Shown piece by piece: positions 26,678 to 35,688 of a DNA stretch of 64,000 nt. The stretch spans positions 128,001 to 192,000 of the forward strand of contig CAWEXY010000011.1 in NCBI GenBank assembly GCA_963813135.1, written 5' to 3'. The DNA comes from an uncultured Verrucomicrobiae bacterium (lineage in GTDB: Bacteria; Chlamydiota; Chlamydiia; Chlamydiales; Rhabdochlamydiaceae). A program made the translations under genes and the position numbers. The notes beneath the pieces are model-generated. The model ran no database searches. It saw nothing but the letters and a program-made list of their open reading frames with translations, and was not told where the DNA came from. The number at the start of each line of letters is the position of its first letter. Positions within the stretch are counted from its first letter, which is position 1.

Positions 26678-28500
26678 CAGTTGACGAAGTCGTAGCCGGC
26701 GTGGACGTAGCCGGAGTGGAAGTTGTCGATAGAGAGACCAGCGGACCCACACCACCCAACAGCCAATTGCTCATTCTTATTAAACCTTTCTTGACACCGT
26801 GTATACCTCCTCGCACAGAAGTCGCTATTGAGCTCGTTTCCGCGCACATGTTCCATTAATATAGCAACGGTCGCATCCAATATAGTTGGCACTTCATAGC
26901 GCAATTTAACCACTGGCACTTCATGCTCATTAATAAGCGCTTTCTGATCGCTGTAGTTTTTGTTTAGGCTTCCTTCAATGACATCACGGGTTAGAAGCGC
27001 CCAGTGCGACCTAGCAGCGGGTGCATCAGTATACTCACCAAAGTCAAAAGGGTTTGGGTCACGACGCTGCAAGTGCCAATTATCAGGGATTAAATTATGG
27101 TACCTTAAAAGGTTATATCGTTCATACCTTAAATCGCGATATTGTGTAGGCCTTCCTTGGCGGGGCTTTAAGATGAGCTTGCCGAGCGTTTTTAGGGTCA
27201 GGGGCTCTCCATTCACCATTTGAGGAACCAGAACGAGGAGATGAGTCTCTTGTACTTTCTTACGAGGCCAAAATGGGCAGGGAGCTGCCAAGATAGCGTT
27301 GATAGCGCCAGGAAGTGGAGGTTCTACCCCCACATCTCCAAAATATTTGGCCCACTCTGCCTTGCCAAAAGCGATCGAGGGCAGCACGGCTTTATTAGCA
27401 GGTGTTTTGGGGATGCTCTCTATGGGTCTGTCAGCAAATGTTGTTGTGTTGGATGGATAAGAAAGCACACTTTCAGTAGGGAGTTCCATTGGCTTGTTGG
27501 GTTGGGCAGGTTCAGCTTTATTGAGACGAGCTGGGGGCAAAGATTTTGTGGCAAGCGCCATTGCGTTTGATAGATAAGAAATTCTACTTTCACTAGGAAG
27601 CTCTAGCGCTTTATTGGGTTGGGCAGGAGATACACTCGCGGCTATTGGATGGTCGAGGTTTTGGTGTTTGGCTCTTTCCTGGAGCTGGTTTAATTCTAAA
27701 GCTATTGTTTTGGCGAGAGGACGCTCGAGGGGAAGTTTCCAGCATTTTTGTATGAGGGCTCCATATTCTTCGGGACAATCAGAGGGGATGGTTTCATGGG
27801 TGTTGTTCATTTTAGCTGCTATGACCATGTATACGTTGATGGCGTGGCTATAGGGTGCCCTGCGGGCGGCGATTTCCCAGAGGATCATGCCGAAGCTGTA
27901 GATGTCGGTAGCAAAACTAGCTGGGGCATTTTGGGTAAAATGTTCGGGAGCCATCCAACAAGGAGATCCTGCGAGCTGATTGGTGGTCATTTGGGTGCTG
28001 GTCTCGGATCTGATTTTGGCGAGGCCAAAATCGGAGATCTTGGCGATATCTTTGGCGAGGAGGATGTTGTGGCTTTTGAGGTCGCAGTGGATGACTTTTT
28101 GGCTATGGAGGTACAAAAGTCCTTTTCCTATGCCGGCAGCGATAGTAAAACGGCGGGTCCATTCTAAGGAAATATCTTTATTCTTTAGTATGCCGTAGAG
28201 GGAGCCTTCTTCGAGATATTCCATGATGAGGGCAAATTTTCCTTCTTCTAAACACAGACCAAATAATCTGACGATATTGGGATGTTGGCACCCGGCCATG
28301 AGCTCGGCTTCGCTGCGGAATATTTTCAAAAAGTCATTGGTCATTGACTGAACTAAGAGTTCTTTCACGGCGACAGGGGTGGTTATCTGCCATTTGCCAA
28401 AATAGACTTTCCCAAATCCCCCCTGGCCTAACTCTCTTTCTTTGGTGAAGTCATCCGATGGTATAGTGGGAAGCTTGGGCGCGATGCTGGGAATGGCCAT
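26647..28500 (-). CDS. TKL-like Ser/Thr kinase (non-RD) fused to one GVGGLRKF-ending domain; candidate DGR target
   Basis: GQGGFG, VAVK, HCDLKSHN, DFG, WMAPE motifs; same C-terminal domain; terminal NNC run. Confidence 0.9.
   Translation of the reverse strand: MAIPSIAPKLPTIPSDDFTKERELGQGGFGKVYFGKWQITTPVAVKELLVQSMTNDFLKIFRSEAELMAGCQHPNIVRLFGLCLEEGKFALIMEYLEEGSLYGILKNKDISLEWTRRFTIAAGIGKGLLYLHSQKVIHCDLKSHNILLAKDIAKISDFGLAKIRSETSTQMTTNQLAGSPCWMAPEHFTQNAPASFATDIYSFGMILWEIAARRAPYSHAINVYMVIAAKMNNTHETIPSDCPEEYGALIQKCWKLPLERPLAKTIALELNQLQERAKHQNLDHPIAASVSPAQPNKALELPSESRISYLSNAMALATKSLPPARLNKAEPAQPNKPMELPTESVLSYPSNTTTFADRPIESIPKTPANKAVLPSIAFGKAEWAKYFGDVGVEPPLPGAINAILAAPCPFWPRKKVQETHLLVLVPQMVNGEPLTLKTLGKLILKPRQGRPTQYRDLRYERYNLLRYHNLIPDNWHLQRRDPNPFDFGEYTDAPAARSHWALLTRDVIEGSLNKNYSDQKALINEHEVPVVKLRYEVPTILDATVAILMEHVRGNELNSDFCARRYTRCQERFNKNEQLAVGWCGSAGLSIDNFHSGYVHAGYDFVNCGVGGLRKFF
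26677..26733 (-). other. Candidate DGR variable region VR2
   Basis: Sense codons tct atc gac aac ttc cac tcc ggc tac gtc cac gcc ggc tac gac ttc gtc aac tgc: 18 of 19 end in C. Confidence 0.7.
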
Positions 28501-28566
28501 AACGGCATCTCCTCTGATTTATCAGTATGACCAGGATATAGAAAGCAGTGTTTAAATGAAATATTG

Positions 28567-29627
28567 TTACGAAGAAAGCTCGCTCCACATCAGCTCCATC
28601 GCATTGAGCGTGTGATCAAAAAGATAGTTCTCCTCCACACGCTTGCGGGCGTTTTCTCCCATGGATTTACGCAGAGCGGCATCGTTGGCCAGCTTAAGGA
28701 CAGCCTCCGCGATTTTTTCCGGAGATGCCGGCGGGACAAGAAGTCCTGTCACGCCATCGATGCAGACCTCAGGAAGCCCGCCGATTGTCGTGGTGATCAG
28801 AGGTTTTTTGAGCCAGGAAGCTTGCAAAGTCGCCTGCGATATTCCCTCATGGCCGGTGCTGAGCAAAGTAAAAATGTCCATCGCCGCGATGGCGGGGAAG
28901 GGGTTGTCGAGATGCCCCGTAAATAAAAGCCGGTCGCAGTCTAGGTATTGATCCAGATGGCCGCCTCCTACGACAACCCACTTCAGCCTGTCATCTGCAC
29001 TTAATATCTCTGCGGCGCGCATGAGATCGCGGATCCCTTTCCAAGAGCGCACGACGCACGCCGTCCCAATCAAAATTTGATCGGGGCCGACGCCGATTTT
29101 TTCCCTAAACGCCTCGGCCTCTCCGGCGCTACATCGATCGGCTCGACCCCTGTCGGAATGCAACGGCAGCGCTTCAAAGAAATGCCCGCCTGGGCTGTGA
29201 TCATCGGAATGATGGCCGAAGAAGTCGTCGCTACGCCATCGGCGAGCGTTTTGTACAGGAGGCGGCTGTTGAGCCCGGGGCGGATCGGCGTCGAGAGGTG
29301 CCGCGTGCGCAGGACATGGCGCCCGGCTAGCCGCGCGGCGATGCCGCCGAGCCACGCATCGAGGGAAGAGTGGGTGTTGACGAGGTGGATCTGATGGCGC
29401 CGAATGACCGCATGCAGCCTAGCGATCGTGAAAAGAGCGCTGCGCCGGCGAAACTCGAGCTCATAAACGACAAAACCGGCTTCCCGGGCTTTTACTGCTA
29501 ACTTGCCCCCCTTAACGACGGCGAAATAAATTTCATGGCCGCGCTCCCGCATACCGATGGCCTCGCGCAGGATGCGGATCTCTTGCCCGCCCCAGCCGTT
29601 AGAACTTTCTGTGTGCAGGATGCGCAT
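28567..29627 (-). CDS. GT4 glycosyltransferase, frameshift near 29100
   Basis: MRILHTESSNGWGGQE, NTHSSLD, WKG, EGISQATLQA, GGLPEV motifs across ORFs 29070..29807 and 28567..29355. Confidence 0.85.
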
Positions 29628-30579
29628 GCATGACCTTTTGTAAAATTTGTCTGTGGCCCGAAGCGAAGGCAAAATTACTAACCTCTTTTTCCGAGGCCCA
29701 GCGATGGCCCTCGATCGGTTTTTGTTTCTTCGCCTGCCACACTTCCGGGAAGAGGATCGCTCGATACCGTGTAAAGCCATGCTCGATAGGGGCCATATGC
29801 GTGACAAACTTCATCTCGAGCGGAAAATCCCAGTCATCGTTCTTTTCGATATAGGGAAAGAGAAATAATCCCCCCATGACTTTTCCCACCTCTTCCTGCC
29901 GGACCAGAAAAGCCCCTTCCGACCAGATCACCGCCACCCGGCGTTCCAATTTTGTGATAGGGGCCTTTTTTTTCGGCGCAGGAAATAACTCGACGACGCC
30001 CTTTTGGAACGCCTGGCAGCCTCCTTGCAGAGGGCAGGCGTGGCACCGCGCCTTCTTTTGGCAGACGAGAGCGCCCAGCTCGATGAGGGCCTCCATGATC
30101 ACCCAGGGCTCTTTATCCGGGAGCAAAGACTCTGTCTTTTCTGGGATCTTTTCTTCTGAAGCATAAAGCCGGCTGACCACCCTTTTGACATTCGCGTCGA
30201 CGGCCGCCGCCTTTTGACGGTGGGCAAAACTTAAGACTGCCCCGACCGTGTACGGCCCAAAGCCGGGCAAACGCTCCAATGCCTCGCGGCTGGTAGGAAC
30301 AGAACCTTGCATCATCCGGGCCGCGGCATGGAGATTACGGGCCCGCGAGTAGTACCCCAACCCTTCCCAGGCCTTCATCACCTCTTCTAGAGGCGCTTCG
30401 GCCAGAGCCTGCAGGCTCGGAAATTTTTGCATCCACCGGTTGAAATAGCCGACCACGACGCTTGCCTGGGTCTGCTGGAGCATCACCTCGGAAATCCATA
30501 CCTGATAGGGGGTAGGATGATGCCGCCAAGGGAAGTCCCTCTTTTCCTCTAAAAACCATTTCTTTAATCCGGCGATCAT
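29599..30579 (-). CDS. mutY: A/G-specific adenine glycosylase
   Basis: WISEVMLQQT, WEGLGYYSRARNL, LPGFGPYT and Fe-S Cys cluster. Confidence 0.95.
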   Translation of the reverse strand: MIAGLKKWFLEEKRDFPWRHHPTPYQVWISEVMLQQTQASVVVGYFNRWMQKFPSLQALAEAPLEEVMKAWEGLGYYSRARNLHAAARMMQGSVPTSREALERLPGFGPYTVGAVLSFAHRQKAAAVDANVKRVVSRLYASEEKIPEKTESLLPDKEPWVIMEALIELGALVCQKKARCHACPLQGGCQAFQKGVVELFPAPKKKAPITKLERRVAVIWSEGAFLVRQEEVGKVMGGLFLFPYIEKNDDWDFPLEMKFVTHMAPIEHGFTRYRAILFPEVWQAKKQKPIEGHRWASEKEVSNFAFASGHRQILQKVMHAHPAHRKF

Positions 30580-30608
30580 GGGAGTAATTTTAACAAAAAT
30601 TCCTCTAA

Positions 30609-30625
30609 TTGGCACGCTTTTTGCT
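30609..30625 (+). promoter_or_regulatory. Sigma54 (-24/-12) promoter
   Basis: TTGGCACG-CTTT-TTGCT, exact match to TGGCACG-N4-TTGC, about 30 nt before the ATG at 30657 with an AGGAG RBS. Confidence 0.75.
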
Positions 30626-30656
30626 TCTCCTACTATTACCAACTTTAGGAGATACT

Positions 30657-31148
30657 ATGAACCCATGGAATGAGACCCATCTTCAACTCCAAGATGCTAT
30701 GAAGAAAGAAATTGAAATGATGCGGGAGATTTTAGGCAATATGAAGGAAGAGGAACACTTTTTAGTCCATAAAGACAAGGCCGCCTGGACTTATACGGTC
30801 GAAGAAAGGACGCAGCTCCTCAACCGGCTCACCGAAGTTCAAAAATGCGAACAAAAGCTGGCCATCTCTCTACAGCAAATGGTCCTTCCCCAGGGCGGAG
30901 ATGAACTCCGCTCCCTCGAAGAAATCCTTCCTAGGGACGATGAAAATCGCTCGGAGACCCTATCCCTCAGAGATCAAATTTTAGCCCTTATAGACCGGAT
31001 GAACCTGCAGAGCAGCCGCAATGAAATGCTCTTTGAACTGGCCAGATACCGCGAAAAATACCCCGCCCACCCTCAAGAGCAGTCGGAAAAAAAGGGGAAA
31101 ATCTTTCTTGCCACCATGCCCGAGGACGAAGATAATGCAGCATCATGA
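30657..31148 (+). CDS. Helical protein, weakly FlgN-chaperone-like
   Basis: Coiled-coil pattern (REILGNMKEEEHFL..EERTQLLNRL..LRDQILALIDRMNLQ); AGGAG RBS. Confidence 0.55.
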   Translation: MNPWNETHLQLQDAMKKEIEMMREILGNMKEEEHFLVHKDKAAWTYTVEERTQLLNRLTEVQKCEQKLAISLQQMVLPQGGDELRSLEEILPRDDENRSETLSLRDQILALIDRMNLQSSRNEMLFELARYREKYPAHPQEQSEKKGKIFLATMPEDEDNAAS

Positions 31149-32092
31149 ACGCTGCCAAAAAAGTTGCAGGACTTTTACTGGGCTCGATGGAGCACCATCT
31201 CGACCACATCGCTCCCCTATGCGCTCTTAAGGAAATACCCCTCGCGGTCACCGATGAAAAAATTGAGCATTTAGCAAAATTATTTTATCCCGATCTGGAA
31301 GTGTTTTTGCTGGCGCCCGATCAAATCATTTCTTTCTTTGACACGCTCTATACCTGCACCCCTCGCCTTCTTTTCGAAGAAAGTTTTTTCATCCCTCAAA
31401 AACTCTTAGGTAAAACCGTCAAGACCCTTTGGGTCCCCCATGGCAATTCTGACAAAGGCCATGCAGCGCCGCTGATGGAAGCGCTCAAAGATGAGGCCCA
31501 TGCGCTTGTCTACGGCCCCAAGATGATCGATTTTCTGAAAAAAAAGAATGTCCACGACCACTTGAACATAGAGACCATCGGCAATTATAGGCGCCGTTAT
31601 TGGGAAAAACACCGGGCCTTCTATGCCTCCCTCCTCCCGCAGCTTCCCGGAAAAATCATCCTCTATGCCCCCACATGGAATGACGCGGAGAAATCTTCCT
31701 CTTATTTCGATCTTCTCCCATGCTTAAGTCATCATTCTGATTTCTCGGTGGTGCTCCGCCCCCATCCCAACCTGCCGCTGCCCGAGGGCCCTCTTCCTCC
31801 TAACGTCCATCTCATCACGAGCTTTCCCCCGGTCTACCCCTGGCTTGATTTGGCCGATATTTATCTCGGCGACATGTCATCCATCGGCTATGATTTCTTA
31901 ACCTTTCGCCGCCCCATGTTCTTCCTCAACCAAAACCGCCGCACCGATCTTTACCTGCACCGCTGCGGCACCGTCATCGATCCCGTAGATTACCCCCGCA
32001 TCTACGATATCCTCTCAGCAGCGGACAACCATCCCTTTCTCGCAACCCAACAAGAGGCCTATGACTACACCTTTGCATGTAAAGCCCTTTGA
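31145..32092 (+). CDS. CDP-glycerol glycerophosphotransferase (TagF/TagB-like) family
   Basis: PHGNSDK, ILYAPTW, RPHP and GDMSSIGYDFL motifs. Confidence 0.8.
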   Translation: MNAAKKVAGLLLGSMEHHLDHIAPLCALKEIPLAVTDEKIEHLAKLFYPDLEVFLLAPDQIISFFDTLYTCTPRLLFEESFFIPQKLLGKTVKTLWVPHGNSDKGHAAPLMEALKDEAHALVYGPKMIDFLKKKNVHDHLNIETIGNYRRRYWEKHRAFYASLLPQLPGKIILYAPTWNDAEKSSSYFDLLPCLSHHSDFSVVLRPHPNLPLPEGPLPPNVHLITSFPPVYPWLDLADIYLGDMSSIGYDFLTFRRPMFFLNQNRRTDLYLHRCGTVIDPVDYPRIYDILSAADNHPFLATQQEAYDYTFACKAL

Positions 32093-33107
32093 CAAGCGTC
32101 TGGCTGCCATCCACACAGGCGCCTCTACCTATCTCGACCATTTGGGCGTCCTGGCCATCCTCCTCGATCTACCCCTCATCGCCACCGACCCCCAAGTCTT
32201 TCAAGACGCGAAGCGATTTTACCCAGAACTGCGCGCCGTTTATATGGACCCCAGCGAACTCTCTCTTCCCTTCCTCGCCCAAAATTTTGATGTTATCGTA
32301 TCATCGGGACATTATTGGGCCGTCGAGCTCATTCCCCTGCTGAAACTTTTTTGCCAAAAAGAAATGCGCGTCATCTACTGCCCCCACGGCAACTCGGACA
32401 AAGGGTGGTCGCGCACAAAACCTCTCCTCAAAGACCTCTCGTTCGTCTACGGCCCTCAAATGCTCTCTTGTTTAGACGACCTGTCCGGCTATATCGTCAC
32501 AGGCAATTACCGCTATCCCTATTATCTGCAGCGGAAAGCATTCTACGACCAGCTCCTGGAACAAGAGTTAAATGGAAAGCTCGACCCTTCGCGCAAAACT
32601 CTCCTCTATGCGCCCACATGGAACGATCCGGAAAATCCCACCACATTTTTTACCGCCTGCGAAAAGCTCTTGGCCGACGTGGGCCCTCGCTTCAATGTTA
32701 TCGTGAAACTCCATCCGTTTTTGATCGATGATCATCCTATCGAGATCGAACGCATGATGCATCAGTTCAAAGACAGCGTCTTTCTTTTAAATTTTCCGCC
32801 CATCTATCCCATCTTAGACCTCTGCGATGCCTACGTCGGTGATTTTTCTTCGATCGGTTATGATTTTCTCATTTTTGATAAGCCTCTCTTTTTCCTTACC
32901 GAAAATCGAGGAATGTTAAGCGAGACGGGCCTTATCCTGCCTTCGCATGCGATCGGGCAATTTATCGAAGACAATTGGGACAGGGACTTTCATAGGGCGC
33001 GCCGTAAAATCTATGATTATGCTTTTGGGGAAGGACAGGATATGAATAAGGTTCGCGAGGAAATGGAAAGGGCCCTACTTTCCGCAGGGCCCAGAATCAC
33101 TACTTAG
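32061..33107 (+). CDS. CDP-glycerol glycerophosphotransferase family, paralog
   Basis: PHGNSDK, LLYAPTW, KLHP and GDFSSIGYDFL motifs. Confidence 0.8.
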   Translation: MTTPLHVKPFDKRLAAIHTGASTYLDHLGVLAILLDLPLIATDPQVFQDAKRFYPELRAVYMDPSELSLPFLAQNFDVIVSSGHYWAVELIPLLKLFCQKEMRVIYCPHGNSDKGWSRTKPLLKDLSFVYGPQMLSCLDDLSGYIVTGNYRYPYYLQRKAFYDQLLEQELNGKLDPSRKTLLYAPTWNDPENPTTFFTACEKLLADVGPRFNVIVKLHPFLIDDHPIEIERMMHQFKDSVFLLNFPPIYPILDLCDAYVGDFSSIGYDFLIFDKPLFFLTENRGMLSETGLILPSHAIGQFIEDNWDRDFHRARRKIYDYAFGEGQDMNKVREEMERALLSAGPRITT

Positions 33108-33306
33108 CAGGAGCTACTTCTTTTTTCTCTTCAACTTTTTTAGTATCGACAACTTTTTTTACTTCTTCTTTCTTAGTTGTTTTTACTTCTTCTTTTTGAG
33201 TGTCTTCGAAAACGACTTCTTTTGTAGTCTCGTCGTTAGCGAGGAGCCCTACAGCGTTGATAGAAACGGTGAAGGCCATGATCAACATCCAAGTAATTGC
33301 GTGCAT
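33100..33306 (-). CDS. Small exported Lys/Glu-rich protein
   Basis: 68 aa: signal-like MHAITWMLIMAFTVSINAVGLLA then KEEVK repeats; GGAGA RBS. Confidence 0.65.
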   Translation of the reverse strand: MHAITWMLIMAFTVSINAVGLLANDETTKEVVFEDTQKEEVKTTKKEEVKKVVDTKKVEEKKEVAPAK

Positions 33307-33326
33307 AAAATCTCCGGTTTTAGTTG

Positions 33327-33415
33327 GGTAAGCATTCGGCGAGTCCCGCCCCCTATGAAGCTTGCGGCGACGGGCTGCTTCGCACATAGCGGGCCTGACT
33401 CGCCGAACGCTTACC
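33327..33415 (-). repeat. 89-bp imperfect palindrome (structured RNA or MITE-like)
   Basis: 19-bp arms GGTAAGCATTCGGCGAGTC / GACTCGCCGAACGCTTACC with one mismatch, plus inner CTATG/CATAG and GAAGC/GCTTC pairing. Confidence 0.7.
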
Positions 33416-33459
33416 AGTTTTGCATAAAGAACAGCGCAAGATTACCGTTTTTTTCGAAA

Positions 33460-34404
33460 TTAGTCAATCGGCGGAAGAACGGTGACATAGGAGAGGAGAT
33501 CGAGAGAAGATATAGATGCCTTAGCCTCAATCTCATACGAACAAGCTCCCTCCTTAAGAGGGGCGATATTTTGAACATAGGCGACCCGAAAACCAGGGGG
33601 AAAAACCCCATCCAATCCCGAAGTAATCAGCAAGTCTCCTTTTTGGATCAGCGGCGTCTTTTCTCCTTGCCCCATCTGGCTCAACACTTCCCCTGTGCGC
33701 AAGGCTCGCGCCTCGCTCTCTTCATCGGCAAAATCGTAGTTAAATCCTACGCCCTTCAGATGAAGTCCACGCGAACGCCACAGAGGCTGGCTTGTCCCGA
33801 ACACTTCGCCTTTTGCCAAATACATTTTATCCCGCACCGCGCGTACCGCGACCGGCAATCCCGAATCAGAAATCAGCCTTACTTTTGACCTGCGATGGCC
33901 GACATATTCGACGACGCCGACGATTTGATCTCCGACGACGACCGGACTATTCTTAACGATCACACTTTTTCCAAGGCGTTCGTTGCTTCTCTCGCCGACA
34001 TTGATCCACAGCGATGAACTCCATGAAGCCGGTTCGCGGAAAATCACTTTTGCTAAAATGCCGCTGCCTTGCAGCTCCAAGCGCTCTAAAAACTCCGACC
34101 TGCGCCGATCAGAAAAAAGCTTGGCCTTTTCGTGTTCGTCCTGCAGCAAAGATTCCGAAATCACATATTGTTTGAGCATCTCCAGCTCGGCCTTCAAACT
34201 CTGATTTTCTTGCCGCAGCACATCGAGCTGCTTTGCGGCATCCGATGAAAAGAAAGCGGGAACGGCGGCCATCATGCGCCATACCGGAGCAAGGCTCCCT
34301 ACGGCAGCCGACCGAAAAAGATCCGAGCTGCGCGGTGAAAAGCTCAGCAGCGCAAAAAGGCAAAAGGCAAGAAAGCCGTACGGCTTATAAGACAGTCTCT
34401 TCAC
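33460..34404 (-). CDS. mreC: Rod shape-determining protein MreC
   Basis: TM, coiled coil (LRQENQSLKAEL), AKVIFR, GDLLITSGLDGVFPPG; GTG start overlaps aminotransferase stop. Confidence 0.9.
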   Translation of the reverse strand: MKRLSYKPYGFLAFCLFALLSFSPRSSDLFRSAAVGSLAPVWRMMAAVPAFFSSDAAKQLDVLRQENQSLKAELEMLKQYVISESLLQDEHEKAKLFSDRRRSEFLERLELQGSGILAKVIFREPASWSSSLWINVGERSNERLGKSVIVKNSPVVVGDQIVGVVEYVGHRRSKVRLISDSGLPVAVRAVRDKMYLAKGEVFGTSQPLWRSRGLHLKGVGFNYDFADEESEARALRTGEVLSQMGQGEKTPLIQKGDLLITSGLDGVFPPGFRVAYVQNIAPLKEGACSYEIEAKASISSLDLLSYVTVLPPID

Positions 34405-35549
34405 AGCACACCCTTGGCTAGGCAGTCTATCCCATCCTCGTTTAGACCTGCAAGGTTGACTCTGCCATCTAGCGTCATATAAATCCCATATTCCTTTTTC
34501 AGCCGCTGGATCTCTTCCACCTTCAGATTCAACATCGCAAACAGGCCTTGTCCTTCCACAATATGCGGCATAGATAATTTCTCCGCTAATCGCCGCCGCA
34601 CGCTCTTCAACCTCGTCCGCATCGCCTGCAGCTCTTCTTCCCACATCTTTTTCAGCGCCGCATCACCCAAAATCATCGCGACAATTTTTCCCCCATGCGC
34701 AGGCGGATTCGAATAAAGACCGCGGATGATCGGCTTCACCTTCGATCCCACCTTCTTTGCCGCCTCTTCCGTTCCTGTCACAAAAAAAACAGCGCCCGTG
34801 CGCTCATTGTAAATCCCAAAATTTTTCGACTGCGTACAGGCCACCACCATCTCGTGACCCTCTTCCATGAACATGCGAACCGCCCCCGCATCTTCTTCCA
34901 CTCCCAGCCCCAGTCCCTGATAGGCGATATCAAAAAAGGGCAGCAGCCCTCCCGATTTACAGATCTTCGAAATTTCCTTCCACTCCTCGAGAGTAAAATC
35001 GATCCCCGTCGGATTATGGCACGAAGCCTGCAGCAAAACCGCTGTTCCTGGCGGCAAACCCTTGAGGAATTTTTTGCACCGCTCAAAATCTCCATAAGGA
35101 TAGCTCTCCACTTCCAATCCTGCGCGCGTAAAAATCTGCCGATGATTGGCCCAGGTGGGATCCGAATAGGCAATGCGCCCTCCCACTTCCTGCTTTAAAA
35201 AATCTCCCCCCACCCTTAACGCCCCTGTTCCCCCGGGAGTTTGCGCGCCAAAAATTGTTTTACTTTTGGCCATCCATATAAAATCGCCGAAGATGAGCGC
35301 TCCCATCCTCTCAATATAATTTTTATCCCCCTCGATCGGCAAATACGGCTTGGGCTCTGCCTTCATCCTCTTTTCGGCTTCTCGCACCGCGGCAAAGAGG
35401 GGAAGCTTCAGCATATCGTCTCGATAAATCCCGGCACACAGATCGATCTTCGTCGCCCGAGGGTCCTCGCGGAACTCCTGCGCCAGAGCAAAAATGGGAT
35501 CGGGCGGACCTGCCGCGACATGGTGAAAAAAAAGTTTAGCCATACCCAC
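34401..35549 (-). CDS. aspC: Aspartate/aromatic aminotransferase
   Basis: PPDPIF, QTPGGTGAL, CHNPTG, DIAYQG and SKNFGIYNERTG motifs. Confidence 0.9.
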   Translation of the reverse strand: MGMAKLFFHHVAAGPPDPIFALAQEFREDPRATKIDLCAGIYRDDMLKLPLFAAVREAEKRMKAEPKPYLPIEGDKNYIERMGALIFGDFIWMAKSKTIFGAQTPGGTGALRVGGDFLKQEVGGRIAYSDPTWANHRQIFTRAGLEVESYPYGDFERCKKFLKGLPPGTAVLLQASCHNPTGIDFTLEEWKEISKICKSGGLLPFFDIAYQGLGLGVEEDAGAVRMFMEEGHEMVVACTQSKNFGIYNERTGAVFFVTGTEEAAKKVGSKVKPIIRGLYSNPPAHGGKIVAMILGDAALKKMWEEELQAMRTRLKSVRRRLAEKLSMPHIVEGQGLFAMLNLKVEEIQRLKKEYGIYMTLDGRVNLAGLNEDGIDCLAKGVL

Positions 35550-35613
35550 ATTCTACCGAACACCGTTTTTTCGTATTGAAAAAACTCATCTCGCAGTAAA
35601 ATAGGTTCTCTTT

Positions 35614-35686
35614 GGGGCGTTAGCTCAGTTGGTAGAGCGCAACGATGGCATTGTTGAGGTCAGCGGTTCGAGACCGCTACGCTCCA
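35614..35686 (+). tRNA. tRNA-Ala(GGC)
   Basis: GGGGCGT acceptor stem with G3-U70, TAGCTCAGTTGGTAGAGC D arm, CAACG-ATGGCAT-TGTTG anticodon arm, GGTTCGA T loop. Confidence 0.95.
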
Positions 35687-35688
35687 AA

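Noticed and set aside
23581..26859. Short ORFs 23581..23877, 26517..26849, 23496..23702, 26451..26663 and 26527..26859 that look like paralogous pairs
   Set aside because: They are alternative or antisense frames of the repeated 3' block; the STTTST-rich text is a by-product of NNC codon runs.
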